NCBI GenBank assembly: GCA_964556395.1
Contig: CAZKVR010000004.1
Coordinates: 9,025 to 73,024, forward strand
DNA: 64,000 nt
DNA from: an uncultured Methanosarcinales archaeon
GTDB taxonomy: Archaea; Nanobdellota; Nanobdellia; Woesearchaeales; WJKR01
Direction: 5' to 3'
Shown here: one piece after another, positions 27,093 to 36,178 of the stretch
How positions within the stretch are numbered: position 1 is the first letter of the stretch
Layout of the letters: the number at the start of each line of letters is the position of its first letter
Made by a program: the position numbers and the translations under genes
Notes under the pieces: model-generated
What the model was told of the DNA's origin: nothing
What the model saw: the letters and a program-made list of their open reading frames with translations, nothing else
The model's database searches: none

Positions 27093-27374
27093 ATGATACA
27101 CGAAGACAGGAAGCAATTGACCGCCAAAACGCTCGACCTCAAACGAGCCCTCGACTCACTGAAAGAAGAGCTTGAAGCCACGGACTGGTACAACCAACGA
27201 GCAGACGCGTGCACAGACGAGAACCTCAAGAAGATCCTGCTCCACAACGCAGCCGAAGAGAAAGAACACGCAGCCATGCTCATCGAATGGATCCGAAAGC
27301 ACGATACCGAGTTCGAGGGCGAGTTGAAAGAATACCTCTTCTCAGACAAAGAAGACATCACGCACCACGAGTAA
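27093..27374 (+). CDS. Small ferritin-like protein resembling encapsulated ferritin (EncFtn)
   Basis: It is 93 aa. ELEATDWYNQRA...HNAAEEKEHAAMLIEWIRKHD carries the ExxH di-iron half-site pattern of EncFtn/rubrerythrin-like two-helix proteins. Confidence 0.6.
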   Translation: MIHEDRKQLTAKTLDLKRALDSLKEELEATDWYNQRADACTDENLKKILLHNAAEEKEHAAMLIEWIRKHDTEFEGELKEYLFSDKEDITHHE

Positions 27375-27550
27375 AAACAAGATGTCTTTAGAAAAAAAAA
27401 CAACTTTTTTCTTACAGATTCTCCTCACCCCACAACCACTATTATACCAAGAAAAACTCTAGAACCACAACCACACGAGCACCCGTGAACAAGACGCAAA
27501 CACTTAAAAAAGACAGTGATAAAGGAGAGAAGAAGAGGTGAACACACACC

Positions 27551-28240
27551 ATGGCCATGAACATCCAGCTCAAGAAGAAACCCCAGAACCCGACGATCAT
27601 CCAAGGATTCCCAGGATTCGGACTCATAGGAACCATAGCGACAGAATTCCTCATCGACCACCTCGACGCGGAACTCATCGGAGAATTCATCTACGACGAC
27701 CTCCCAGCGACGGTAGCCATCCACCAGGGCAAGCTCGTCAAACCCATGGAAGTCTACTACGCGAAGAAAGAGAACCTCGTCATACTACACGCCATCATGG
27801 CACCGAAAGGCAAGGAATGGGAGGTCACCGACCAGGTCATAGACCTCACCAAGAAGCTCAAGGCCAAGAAAGTCGTCTGCCTGGAAGGCGTGATGAGCCC
27901 TGAGAGCGAGAACATCTACAGCTGGGGCGACCCCAAACTGGAGAAGCAAGGAGTCAAGCCCATCAAGGAAAGCATCGTGCTAGGCGTCACGGCAGCGCTC
28001 ATGGCGAGGCACCCGAAGAAGACCGCCTGCCTGTTCGCGGAGTCACACTCGCAACTACCCGACAGCAAGGCTGCGGCGAGGCTGATAAAAGTCCTCGACA
28101 AATACCTCGGCCTCAAAGTGGACCCGAAACCGCTGTACACCCAAGCCCAAGCCTTCGAAGACAAGCTCAAAGGCATCCTCCAACAGGCCAGCAAGGCGAA
28201 CACGGAGAAGGAACGCAAAGACCTCACCTACCTGGGCTGA
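27551..28240 (+). CDS. PAC2-family (proteasome assembly chaperone-like) protein
   Basis: IIQGFPGFGLIGTIATEFLI is a typical PAC2/DUF75 N-terminus, and the 229-aa size fits. Confidence 0.7.
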   Translation: MAMNIQLKKKPQNPTIIQGFPGFGLIGTIATEFLIDHLDAELIGEFIYDDLPATVAIHQGKLVKPMEVYYAKKENLVILHAIMAPKGKEWEVTDQVIDLTKKLKAKKVVCLEGVMSPESENIYSWGDPKLEKQGVKPIKESIVLGVTAALMARHPKKTACLFAESHSQLPDSKAAARLIKVLDKYLGLKVDPKPLYTQAQAFEDKLKGILQQASKANTEKERKDLTYLG

Positions 28241-28259
28241 GAAAAAAAAAGTTTTTTTC
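28241..28259. terminator. Bidirectional oligo-A/oligo-T terminator between convergent genes
   Basis: GAAAAAAAAAGTTTTTTTC lies between the stops at 28240 (+) and 28260 (-). It presents a T-run on both strands, the usual archaeal termination signal. Confidence 0.6.
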
Positions 28260-29501
28260 TTATTGCTTGTTCTCCTCCAACTTGACGCGGATGAGCCGCT
28301 GGCTGTACCGGTCGATGACCGTGCTCAAGAGGATTGAATACACCATCTCCAGGACGATGAGCTGGACGACGACATCCATGAACGGCTCCAAGGAAGCCGG
28401 GATGGCGAAGACGGAGAGGGAGAAGGCGACGACCGCGACGGCGATGCCCTTGGGCATCGAACACGCCATGAACAACCGCTCCTTCAGGTTGAAACGCTTG
28501 TCGCCCTTCCCCTTGCTGAAGAAGATGGAGAAGGTGGTGAACCTGGTAGCCAGGAGCAGGAGGAAGATGAGGATTGAGACGAGGAAGAGGTGGAGTGAGA
28601 ACTGGACGCGGATGATGAGACCTATGAGGAGGAAGACAAGCACGGTGAGGCTGTTGCTGAGCATGCTGTTGAACTCCTGCAACGACTCCTTCTCCTTGAC
28701 GTAGACGTTGCCGAAGAACAAGCCGAGCGTGGCGACGGCGAGGACGCCATTACCCTGGAGGTTCTCAGCCAGGATGTAGGTGAGCAAGGAAGCGGTGATG
28801 AGACCGACCGGGCTGAAACGCTGGCTGTAAGCATGCCTCATGGTCTTGATCACCACGATGCCAACGATGACACCGGCCCCCACGCCGACGACGACCTCCT
28901 GTAACAAGGGGATGAACTGGCCGGCGATGGCGTCCGCCACACCGACGCTCACGTTCTGCAGGACGTCGAGGATGATGAACGGCAAGACGACCATGATAGG
29001 CGTGTTGAGGATGGCCTCGACCTCGAGGAACTCGATGACACGGTTCGTCTTGCTCTTCAGCATGATGAACACGCTGCCAGGGTCTGTGCCCGAGAGGACG
29101 AACGACAACAACACCGCGAACAGGACGCTCTCAGCGCTGAAAGACCCGAAGAGGAGCCAAGAGGAAACAGGAGCTATGACAAGGATGTTGAGAAAGATGA
29201 ACAACAAGGTCACCTTCAAGGCGCCTGAAGAGAAACGGTTCACGCTACGCAGCTCGAAACGGCTCGCGCCGTCAAAGATCACCATGACGAGGGTGAGGAC
29301 CGCGAGGGAGACGAGGAAGGAAGAGGAGAATGAGAAGCGCTCCGCACCCTCAGGGAGGAAGACGCCCAACAAGATACCGGCGACGACGAGGAACAAGATG
29401 TTGTTCACGTTAAGCTTCTTGGCGAGGAGGGAGAGGACGAGGCCGAGGAGCAAGAGCAAGGCCAAGTCGGTCAGGAAGAACGTCGCAGCATCAACACCCA
29501 C
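28260..29501 (-). CDS. Cation:proton antiporter (CPA1/NhaP-like Na+/H+ exchanger)
   Basis: It is polytopic, with 10 or more hydrophobic segments, and has a Na_H_exchanger-like layout. The start is trimmed to the GTG at 29501, preceded by GGAGAGGTGAT. The track's upstream 76 codons look non-coding. Confidence 0.75.
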   Translation of the reverse strand: MGVDAATFFLTDLALLLLLGLVLSLLAKKLNVNNILFLVVAGILLGVFLPEGAERFSFSSSFLVSLAVLTLVMVIFDGASRFELRSVNRFSSGALKVTLLFIFLNILVIAPVSSWLLFGSFSAESVLFAVLLSFVLSGTDPGSVFIMLKSKTNRVIEFLEVEAILNTPIMVVLPFIILDVLQNVSVGVADAIAGQFIPLLQEVVVGVGAGVIVGIVVIKTMRHAYSQRFSPVGLITASLLTYILAENLQGNGVLAVATLGLFFGNVYVKEKESLQEFNSMLSNSLTVLVFLLIGLIIRVQFSLHLFLVSILIFLLLLATRFTTFSIFFSKGKGDKRFNLKERLFMACSMPKGIAVAVVAFSLSVFAIPASLEPFMDVVVQLIVLEMVYSILLSTVIDRYSQRLIRVKLEENKQ

Positions 29502-29687
29502 TCTATGATCACCTCTCCAGACCAGACTAGGAAAGAGACTGTTTATTAATGTTTCTCTTAAAAAGATAGGTTTGAAGGAAGACGAGGAAGAAGAATCCTT
29601 GACGAGACATCCGCAGCACCAGGGAAGAACAGGTCTCTGGCCAGGAAAGAAGAAAACGTTTAAATACGACGACCGTCGAGGAAGGGC

Positions 29688-31055
29688 GTGATGAAGAGCA
29701 TCCGAGAACACGTCACGGGCGAGAAACACAAGAACCGCGTGTTATTGGCGCTGAGCGACCACATCTCAAAACTCGTCCACACCAAGCTCTGGCTCAAAGT
29801 CCTCATAGCACTAGGACTCGGAAGCGTCATCGGAATACTACTCGGACCTGACATGGGGCTGGTGACGAAGGAAGCGGCGGCGACCATCACGGACTGGCTG
29901 GCATTGCCGGGACACCTCTTCCTAGCAGTCATCAAGATGATCATCATACCGCTCATCTTCTCATCAATCATCGTAGGCCTCGTGTCGAGCGGGAGCTCGG
30001 CTTTCCTGAAGAAGATCGGGCCACGCATGGCAGTATACTTCGTCATCACGACCACGGTGGCGATCATGATAGGATTCGGCATCACCGAGCTCATACAACC
30101 AGGGGCGTACATCGACCCGGCCAGCTTCGACACCACCAGCGAAGCGGAGATGCCAGACGTCTCCGCGACAGAAGGAGGGTCCGTCCCGGAACGGATCGTC
30201 AGCCTGGTACCGAGCAACCCGGTCGAGACGATGGTGAAAGGAGACCTGTTAGGAGTGGTGATACTCTCCATCGTCGCGGGCATCGCCATGCTCTCGCTGT
30301 CGAAGAAACACTTCGAAAGCATGGTCAACCTCCTCGAAGGAATCCAAGAAGTCACGATGAGGATCATCAAATGGGTGATGCACATCGTACCGCTGGCCGT
30401 ACTCGGACTGATAGCCCAAGTCACCTCCAAGATAGGACTGTCAGTCCTGGCAGGACTAGGTGTGTACGTCATCACCGTGCTGGCAGGGTTATTGCTGCTC
30501 GTCGTGTTCTACAACATGATAGTGTTCTTCTTCAGCAACACCACGCCGCGGGAATTCATGAAGAACATCAAAGAAGCACAGCTACTAGCGTTCTCGACCT
30601 CGAGCTCGGCAGCCGTCATGCCATTGTCGATAAAGATAGGCGAGGAACGGTTGAAAGTCCGGAAAGCCATCAGCGAATTCCTCATACCAGTCGGCGCGAC
30701 GGTGAACATGGACGGCACCGCGCTGTACCAAGCCGTCGCGACGATATTCCTCGCGCAAGCATTCGGCGTCACGCTGACGATGGGAGCGCTGGTGACAATC
30801 ATCGCCATCACCGTCGGGGCATCGATAGGGACGCCGTCAGTGCCGGGAGTCGGCATCGTGGTGTTGGCGACGATACTACAGACAGCAGGGATACCAGCGG
30901 CAGGGATAGCGCTGATACTCGGCGTGGACCGCATCCTCGACATGTCACGGACGACGATCAACGTGACGGGGAACCTCGCGGCGTGCCTGTACTTCGACAA
31001 GGAACTAGCGCACCTGTTGGACGCGGCGCCGGCAGTACAAGAAGCGACGGCGTGA
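29688..31055 (+). CDS. gltP: Dicarboxylate/amino acid:cation symporter (GltP/GltPh family)
   Basis: SSSAAVMP (HP1-like), NMDGTALYQ and GIPAAGIALILGVDRILDM (HP2 and TM8) motifs are present. A GTTTAAATAC box lies 27 nt upstream. Confidence 0.9.
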   Translation: MMKSIREHVTGEKHKNRVLLALSDHISKLVHTKLWLKVLIALGLGSVIGILLGPDMGLVTKEAAATITDWLALPGHLFLAVIKMIIIPLIFSSIIVGLVSSGSSAFLKKIGPRMAVYFVITTTVAIMIGFGITELIQPGAYIDPASFDTTSEAEMPDVSATEGGSVPERIVSLVPSNPVETMVKGDLLGVVILSIVAGIAMLSLSKKHFESMVNLLEGIQEVTMRIIKWVMHIVPLAVLGLIAQVTSKIGLSVLAGLGVYVITVLAGLLLLVVFYNMIVFFFSNTTPREFMKNIKEAQLLAFSTSSSAAVMPLSIKIGEERLKVRKAISEFLIPVGATVNMDGTALYQAVATIFLAQAFGVTLTMGALVTIIAITVGASIGTPSVPGVGIVVLATILQTAGIPAAGIALILGVDRILDMSRTTINVTGNLAACLYFDKELAHLLDAAPAVQEATA

Positions 31056-31082
31056 AACACGCACGAGGACGACCCACACCAG

Positions 31083-32030
31083 TCAACCGCCACTCGCCTT
31101 CCGAAGCTTGTCCATCAAGGCATACCCGAAACCATCCTCAGACACCTCGCGGACGACGATGAGGCCATAACCTTCCTTGTCGGCCAGCCTGAAGTCGCGG
31201 AACAGGTTGCGGGCCATGTCAGCCTCACCCTCATAATCCAGGACCTTCACCTTCTCGCCAGGATGATCTTTCAAGACCCGCTCGACGGCGGCCCGGTCCT
31301 TCACGACGATAATCCTGGCATCAGGCGAGTAGTGCTTATACTTCATACCAGGCGACCGCGGCTTGTCGCCAACCGCCTGCTCGTACTGGCGCACCTCACC
31401 GACGACGGCCTCGAGCTGCTCCCGAGTGACCTTCCCAGGCCTGAGGACCCGCGGGACGCCGCCCGACAAGTCGACCACGGTGGACTCGATACCGATATCC
31501 ACCACGCCGCCATCGAGGACGGCGTCGACCCGGCCGTCCAAGTCCTCCACGACGTGCTCCGCGGCGGTCGGGCTAGGCCTGCCGGAAAGGTTGGCAGAAG
31601 GCGCGGCCAACGGGCGGCCGACAGCGGAGATGAGCGCGGAGGCGACCGCGTTGGCAGGCATCCGGACAGCCACGGAATCAAGGCCGGCGGAGACGACGTC
31701 GGGGACGACGCCGGACTTCTTCAAGACGAGGGTGAGCGGGCCGGGCCAGAAAGCATCCATGAGCAGCTCAGCAGCGTCAGGGATGAAGTCCACGAGACGG
31801 CCGACCTGACCCCTCCCAGAGACGTGGAGGATGAGCGGGTTGTCCTGCGGACGGCCCTTGGCGACGAAGATCCGCCGCACCGCTTCGCCGTCCAAGCCGT
31901 CAGCGCCCAAGCCGTAGACGGTCTCGGTCGGGAACGCCACCAAGCCACCACGCTTCAGGATGGCAGCCACCTCCTCGATGACACGAGGAGAAGGGCTCAC
32001 GGGGTCGACAGGGAAGACACGGGTAACCAT
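31083..32030 (-). CDS. sua5: L-threonylcarbamoyladenylate synthase, Sua5 type (YrdC domain plus Sua5 C-terminal domain)
   Basis: It has FPTETVYGLGADG, KGRPQDNPLILHV and SANLSGRPSPT. The start is trimmed to MVTRVFPV (32030), 30 nt from GTTTTTAAAC. Confidence 0.9.
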   Translation of the reverse strand: MVTRVFPVDPVSPSPRVIEEVAAILKRGGLVAFPTETVYGLGADGLDGEAVRRIFVAKGRPQDNPLILHVSGRGQVGRLVDFIPDAAELLMDAFWPGPLTLVLKKSGVVPDVVSAGLDSVAVRMPANAVASALISAVGRPLAAPSANLSGRPSPTAAEHVVEDLDGRVDAVLDGGVVDIGIESTVVDLSGGVPRVLRPGKVTREQLEAVVGEVRQYEQAVGDKPRSPGMKYKHYSPDARIIVVKDRAAVERVLKDHPGEKVKVLDYEGEADMARNLFRDFRLADKEGYGLIVVREVSEDGFGYALMDKLRKASGG

Positions 32031-32228
32031 GGGAAAAAAACCTGATGGAAGAACCAGTTTAAAAACTTTCTGAGAAAAAAGGATGTCAAGGGAGGAAAAC
32101 CGAAAAACACCATAAAAGAGCCTACGAAGCATAGAGCGACTTTAGGTGATTTTCGAGTCGGCCCACCACACGCCAAAAAACCATTTAAAAAAGGCCGATT
32201 GAGCATAATCCTTGTTAAATGAGGGTGA

Positions 32229-32441
32229 GCAAAGCGAAAGGCTGCCAGGATAAGCAAGAAGGTCCACCCGCACATGCTCCGGCACTCCTTCACCACCCAC
32301 CTCCTCGAATCAGGACTCGACGTCACGACAGTCCAATCGCTCCTCGGCCACGCCCGTCCTGAGACCACGCTCGGCTACTCGCACGCCGCCAAGCCGAAGC
32401 TCATCACGGTGAAGAGCCCGCTGGACCCGCCAGGATTATAA
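32229..32441 (+). pseudogene. C-terminal fragment of a tyrosine recombinase/integrase
   Basis: The open frame reads [58 protein letters not shown].... This is the HxLRH box, the LLGH box and the catalytic Tyr region of XerC/D-like integrases. About 70 codons remain, with in-frame stops just upstream. Confidence 0.75.
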
Positions 32442-32491
32442 AAATGACTCCCGAAACCGTTATAAACTCCTGTTGCCTATCCTCACATAAC

Positions 32492-32662
32492 ATGTCAACT
32501 GACATCGAACGCCTCTCAGAAAAGCTCGATACGATTAAAACAGACCTCGATTTCATCAAGAAAAGACTCGTCGATGTAGACACAATCTTCACGGACGATG
32601 ATGCAGAGTCCCTGCGAGAAGCCGAAGAGGACTACAAGGCCGGAAAGACGGAGTTGTTATGA
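32492..32662 (+). CDS. Putative antitoxin of a RelE-type toxin-antitoxin pair
   Basis: It is a small acidic helical protein (MSTDIERLSEKLDTIKTDLDFIKKRL...). Its stop overlaps the toxin start (ATGA). A TATAAAC box lies 29 nt upstream of the ATG at 32492. Confidence 0.55.
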   Translation: MSTDIERLSEKLDTIKTDLDFIKKRLVDVDTIFTDDDAESLREAEEDYKAGKTELL

Positions 32663-32928
32663 GAGTGCACGAGGTCCACCTCTCCCAACGAACCCAGAAA
32701 TTCTTAGAAAAACTGGACGAACACATTAGAATAAGGATTAAGAGCGCTTTGAAGAAACTGAAAGACAACCCCATACCTTCCGACGCGAAGTTCATCACAC
32801 GAGAAGGAGACGACAAGGTGTTCCGCTACCGTATAGGAGACTATCGGGCGTTGTACAACGTCAAAGAGAGGGACGAGATACTACTCGTCACCAAGATAGA
32901 TAAACGCCCGAGAGTATATCACCGCTAA
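32659..32928 (+). CDS. relE: RelE/ParE-family toxin (mRNA interferase)
   Basis: It is 89 aa. The KVFRYRIGDYRALYNVKERDEILLVTKIDKRPRVY core is typical of RelE/StbE. Confidence 0.8.
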   Translation: MRVHEVHLSQRTQKFLEKLDEHIRIRIKSALKKLKDNPIPSDAKFITREGDDKVFRYRIGDYRALYNVKERDEILLVTKIDKRPRVYHR

Positions 32929-32996
32929 AGAGTTCTAGCTGAGATGATATCACTCGCCGACAGACTAATAAACCCCTCGTTTCTAACAACCCCATC

Positions 32997-34241
32997 ATGG
33001 ACCCCCAGACCATCATCGACGGCCTCCGGGAGAAAGTCACACCCACGACCGGTACTGACGTCCCGGAGCGTTTCGCACGGCGGCTCGACGAGAACCTCAA
33101 GGCCAATAACATCAGGGCAGAGGTCTTGCTGGGCGGATCCTTCGCCAAGGGAACCTACCTGGAGGGCGACCATGACGTCGACGTGTTCGTCAGGTTCGAC
33201 CCAAGATACAATGACGAGGAGATGCCCGACCTGACGGCGAAAGCGTTGCAACCCTTCGAGGGCGTGGAGCGCGTCCACGGCAGCAGGGATTACTTCCAAC
33301 TCGACCACCAAGGCTTCAGCTTCGAGGTCGTCCCCGTCCTGCACGTCACCGAGGCAGGGGAAGCCAGGAACGTGACTGACGTCAGCCCCCTCCACGTCAA
33401 CCACGTCCAGCGAGCGGTAAAAGACAATCCATCGATAGCGAGCGACATCCGACTCGCAAAGCTGTTCTGCAAGGCGGCGAAGGTGTACGGCGCCGAGTCA
33501 TACCTCAACGGGTTCTCAGGCCACGTCCTGGACAACCTCATCATCCATTACGGCTCACTACTGGAGTTGTTGCGAGCCGCGGCCGAGTGGCCTGACGAGC
33601 TCTTCCTAGACCCGTCAGGACAGCACGAGGACGCGTCGTTCCTCAACCCCGCCAAGAGAGCAGGGCCGCTCGTCCTCCTCGACCCCATCCAGCCTGAGCG
33701 CAACGCCGCGGCGGCCCTGTCGAGGGAGCGGTACGACGCGTTCCGGAAGCAGGCGAGGGTGTTCCTCGACCATCCGGATGAGTCCTTCTTCACACCCAAG
33801 CCCCTGACGAAAGATGATATCATAAGGCATAACCCCGACAAGAACGTGCTGTGCTACCGACTCCAGCCGTTGGAAGGCAGCAAGGACGTCGCTGGCACCA
33901 AATTGCTCAAGGCGCACGAACACCTCGTCAAGCAGGCCGAGAAGGAAGGCTTCACCATCCATGATGAGGGTTTCGAGTTCGATGGGGACAAGGCGTTAGC
34001 GTTCATAGCGACAGAGGAGCGAGCATTGCCGGCGTATAGGGAGATGCAAGGACCGCCGACGAGAGTGGAAAAAGCCGCAAAAAGATTCAGGGAAGCCCAC
34101 GAAGGGGAAGAAGTCACAGAAAGGGATGGCCGGCTCTACGCCAACGTCAAAAGAAAGCATACCACCCTCGCGTCGCTCTTCGAAGCCGTCGAGAACGGTT
34201 CGTACTGGCAGAAGAGGGTTGCAGGGGCGAAAATTATTTAA
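32997..34241 (+). CDS. cca: CCA-adding tRNA nucleotidyltransferase (archaeal class I)
   Basis: It has the GGSFAKGTYLEGDHDVDVFVRF nucleotidyltransferase motif and the archaeal CCA enzyme length. Confidence 0.9.
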   Translation: MDPQTIIDGLREKVTPTTGTDVPERFARRLDENLKANNIRAEVLLGGSFAKGTYLEGDHDVDVFVRFDPRYNDEEMPDLTAKALQPFEGVERVHGSRDYFQLDHQGFSFEVVPVLHVTEAGEARNVTDVSPLHVNHVQRAVKDNPSIASDIRLAKLFCKAAKVYGAESYLNGFSGHVLDNLIIHYGSLLELLRAAAEWPDELFLDPSGQHEDASFLNPAKRAGPLVLLDPIQPERNAAAALSRERYDAFRKQARVFLDHPDESFFTPKPLTKDDIIRHNPDKNVLCYRLQPLEGSKDVAGTKLLKAHEHLVKQAEKEGFTIHDEGFEFDGDKALAFIATEERALPAYREMQGPPTRVEKAAKRFREAHEGEEVTERDGRLYANVKRKHTTLASLFEAVENGSYWQKRVAGAKII

Positions 34242-34285
34242 AGCCAGCCCTGGCTTTCTGGAAAAGTCCCGAGAGGTATACCACC

Positions 34286-34600
34286 ATGTTTTGTCCGAAA
34301 TGCGGCGCCATGCTCAAGATCAAGCGCGAGAAGAACAAGAAGTACTTCGCCTGCAGCTGCGGCTACACCAACCGTGACATGGGCGCCGTCCAGCTCAAGG
34401 AAGAGGTCAAGAACAAGGACGACAACGTCGACGTGGTGGAAGACGACAAGGAACCCTTGCCGCTGACGGACGCCGAGTGCCCGAAGTGCGGCCACCAGAA
34501 AGCCTACTACTGGCTCGTCCAGACGCGTGCGGGCGACGAGGCTGAGACCAAGTTCTTCAAGTGCGAGAAGTGCAAGCACACGTGGCGTGAGAGCGAGTAG
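34286..34600 (+). CDS. tfs: Transcription factor S (TFS) / RNA polymerase subunit M-like
   Basis: It has two zinc ribbons (CPKCG...CSCG and CPKCGHQKAYYWLVQTRAGDEAETKFFKCEKCKHTW), the second with the acidic-loop context. Confidence 0.9.
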   Translation: MFCPKCGAMLKIKREKNKKYFACSCGYTNRDMGAVQLKEEVKNKDDNVDVVEDDKEPLPLTDAECPKCGHQKAYYWLVQTRAGDEAETKFFKCEKCKHTWRESE

Positions 34601-34602
34601 GG

Positions 34603-34836
34603 ATGATGGACCTGCCGCAGCCGCCAGGGGGTTTCAGGGTGAGGGTGAAGCCAGGCAGCAGGCAGGACCGGATAGTGGGTTTCTCAGAAGGAGTCCTCGC
34701 CGTCGAGGTGTCGGCGCCCGCCGACAAGGGCAAGGCCAACGCCCGGCTCGTCAAGTTCTTATCGAAACGGCTAGGCCACCAGGTCCGGCTGAAGTCAGGG
34801 GCTACGAGCAAGGAGAAGACGCTCGTGTTCACCTGA
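34603..34836 (+). CDS. DUF167/YggU-family protein
   Basis: VRVKPGSRQDRIVG...LAVEVSAPADKGKANARLVKFLSKRLG...KSGATSKEKTL matches the family pattern. Confidence 0.8.
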   Translation: MMDLPQPPGGFRVRVKPGSRQDRIVGFSEGVLAVEVSAPADKGKANARLVKFLSKRLGHQVRLKSGATSKEKTLVFT

Positions 34837-34976
34837 ATCGCTTTTATGAGGCGTGCGCGAAGGAAGGCTTCCTGTGCCACGTGCCTGTATTGGAGGGGAA
34901 GCCCTGTATGCGCGGCCAGGAGATGTGGCTGGGCAATGGCTGACGGGTACTGCGGATCGCCATCCTGGTGGACCTC

Positions 34977-35996
34977 TCACATGTTCTTGTACTTCTCGAC
35001 CGTCTCGTCCTTGACTTCGAGCTTGACGCCGGCGGCCTTGAAGAATTGTCTCGAGAGCTTGCTGGCGTGGTATGCCTTGGCTGCCACGACGCGCTTGATG
35101 CCGGCGTTGATGAGGAGTTTTGCGCAGGTGAAGCATGGTTCCATGTACGTGTAGACCGTGCCTCCTTCGACGGGGATGCCGTTCCGCGCGGCTTGGGCGA
35201 GGGCGTTCTGCTCTGCGTGGACTGTGCGGATGCAGTGCTGCTTGGTCGTGCCGTCGTCGTTGACGACGCGGTGCATGAGGTGTCCGACCTCGTCGCAGTG
35301 CGGCATGCCGACGGCGGAGCCGACGTAGCCTGTCGTCAATATGCGGTTGTCCTTGACGATGACGGCGCCGTTCTTGCCCCGGTCGCACGTGCCTCGTTCG
35401 CGGACGGCGGTCATGATGCCGAGGAAGTAGTCGTCCCATGACGGCCGGTCGGTCTTGAACTTGTACAGGGCTTTCGCGACCTTCTTGTAGAGCTCTTTCA
35501 GCGTCTTGTCGTTGATGATGACGACGTCGGCCCGTCTTTTCGTCTCGTCGAAGGCTCGGTAGTGCTCGCCGCCGCCTCTGGCTTCCTTGGCCTCGTGCTT
35601 CTTGAACTCCTTGAACGTAGTGGGGTCTTGTTCGCGCTTGCGCGCTTTCATGCGTCGGAAGCGGGTCTTCTGGGGTGCGTCGACGAAGATGAGCCTGAAC
35701 TTGGGGTTCTTCCTCAACACCTCGACCTCTCCGGGCGTGCCTATAGAGCTGATCACCCAGTCTTCCTCGTCGTTGATGGTGAGTAGGGCTCGTTGTGCGA
35801 GGTATCCTGGTCCGAAGCGTTTGCGGAGGTCGTTGCCGAGTTCTTGCAGGTTCTTCCTCGTGACCTGTTTCTTACGGCTCTTGAGCTCTTCCCGGAGGAT
35901 GTCCGAGAGGGAGAGGTGCTTGAACCCTTGCTCCATGAGATATTCCACGACCGTATCCTTCCCTGCTGCCAGGTATCCTGTTACTCCGACTATCAT
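34977..35996 (-). CDS. Fusion of a P-loop nucleotide kinase-like domain with dCMP deaminase
   Basis: The N-terminus has GVTGYLAAGKDT (P-loop, dNMP/CoaE-like kinase fold). The C-terminus has HAEQNA and PCFTCAKLLINAG zinc-binding motifs of CMP/dCMP deaminases. Confidence 0.85.
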   Translation of the reverse strand: MIVGVTGYLAAGKDTVVEYLMEQGFKHLSLSDILREELKSRKKQVTRKNLQELGNDLRKRFGPGYLAQRALLTINDEEDWVISSIGTPGEVEVLRKNPKFRLIFVDAPQKTRFRRMKARKREQDPTTFKEFKKHEAKEARGGGEHYRAFDETKRRADVVIINDKTLKELYKKVAKALYKFKTDRPSWDDYFLGIMTAVRERGTCDRGKNGAVIVKDNRILTTGYVGSAVGMPHCDEVGHLMHRVVNDDGTTKQHCIRTVHAEQNALAQAARNGIPVEGGTVYTYMEPCFTCAKLLINAGIKRVVAAKAYHASKLSRQFFKAAGVKLEVKDETVEKYKNM

Positions 35997-36097
35997 AGTG
36001 AACGAACCTCTATTTTCACTAGAGAGTAACTACTACCTATTAAATAATTTAGTTACTAGAACATATATGAAAAAAAACATATTTTGGCTAGCTGCAG

Positions 36098-36178
36098 TCA
36101 CTCCTCTTCCTCGCCGCCGAAGAAGGAGTCGAGCTTCCTGCTGCTCGCCATCGCCTTGTACGACACCTTCTGAGCCAT
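36098..36178 (-). CDS. 26-aa micro-ORF with its own promoter
   Basis: It translates as MAQKVSYKAMASSRKLDSFFGGEEEE. Nearly all codons are G/C-ending, as in host genes. A GTTTTTAAATT box at 36200-36210 is centred 27 nt upstream of the ATG. It is missing from the track, which omits ORFs under 60 aa. Confidence 0.45.
   Translation of the reverse strand: MAQKVSYKAMASSRKLDSFFGGEEEE

Noticed and set aside
26971-27096. A 41-aa ORF with AAGAGG before its ATG and an ATGA overlap with the EncFtn-like gene
   Set aside because: Its third codon positions are A-rich, unlike real genes here. The peptide is low-complexity and basic (MQTTPTSKGTTRRHKQ...). The predicted promoter box of the downstream gene lies inside it, so it is more likely spacer or leader.
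32152-32168. TTCGAGTCGGCCCACCA, which resembles a tRNA T-loop and acceptor 3' end just upstream of the integrase fragment and could be an att remnant
   Set aside because: It is too short to contain a T-stem plus a 7-nt acceptor strand and has no D or anticodon arm. Similarity to the tRNA-Val 3' end at 58231-58253 is only partial. Without a genome-wide repeat search it cannot be called an att site.
34837-34976. A GC-rich 140-bp convergent spacer with hairpin GGCTTCC(34865-34871)/GGAAGCC(34897-34903) and a 39-aa minus-strand ORF preceded by GAGGT
   Set aside because: The peptide (MAIRSTRQPLPSHISWPRIQGFPSN...) is W/P/S-rich and unlike host proteins, and there is no promoter box. The hairpin is adequately explained as a terminator or 3'-end structure.
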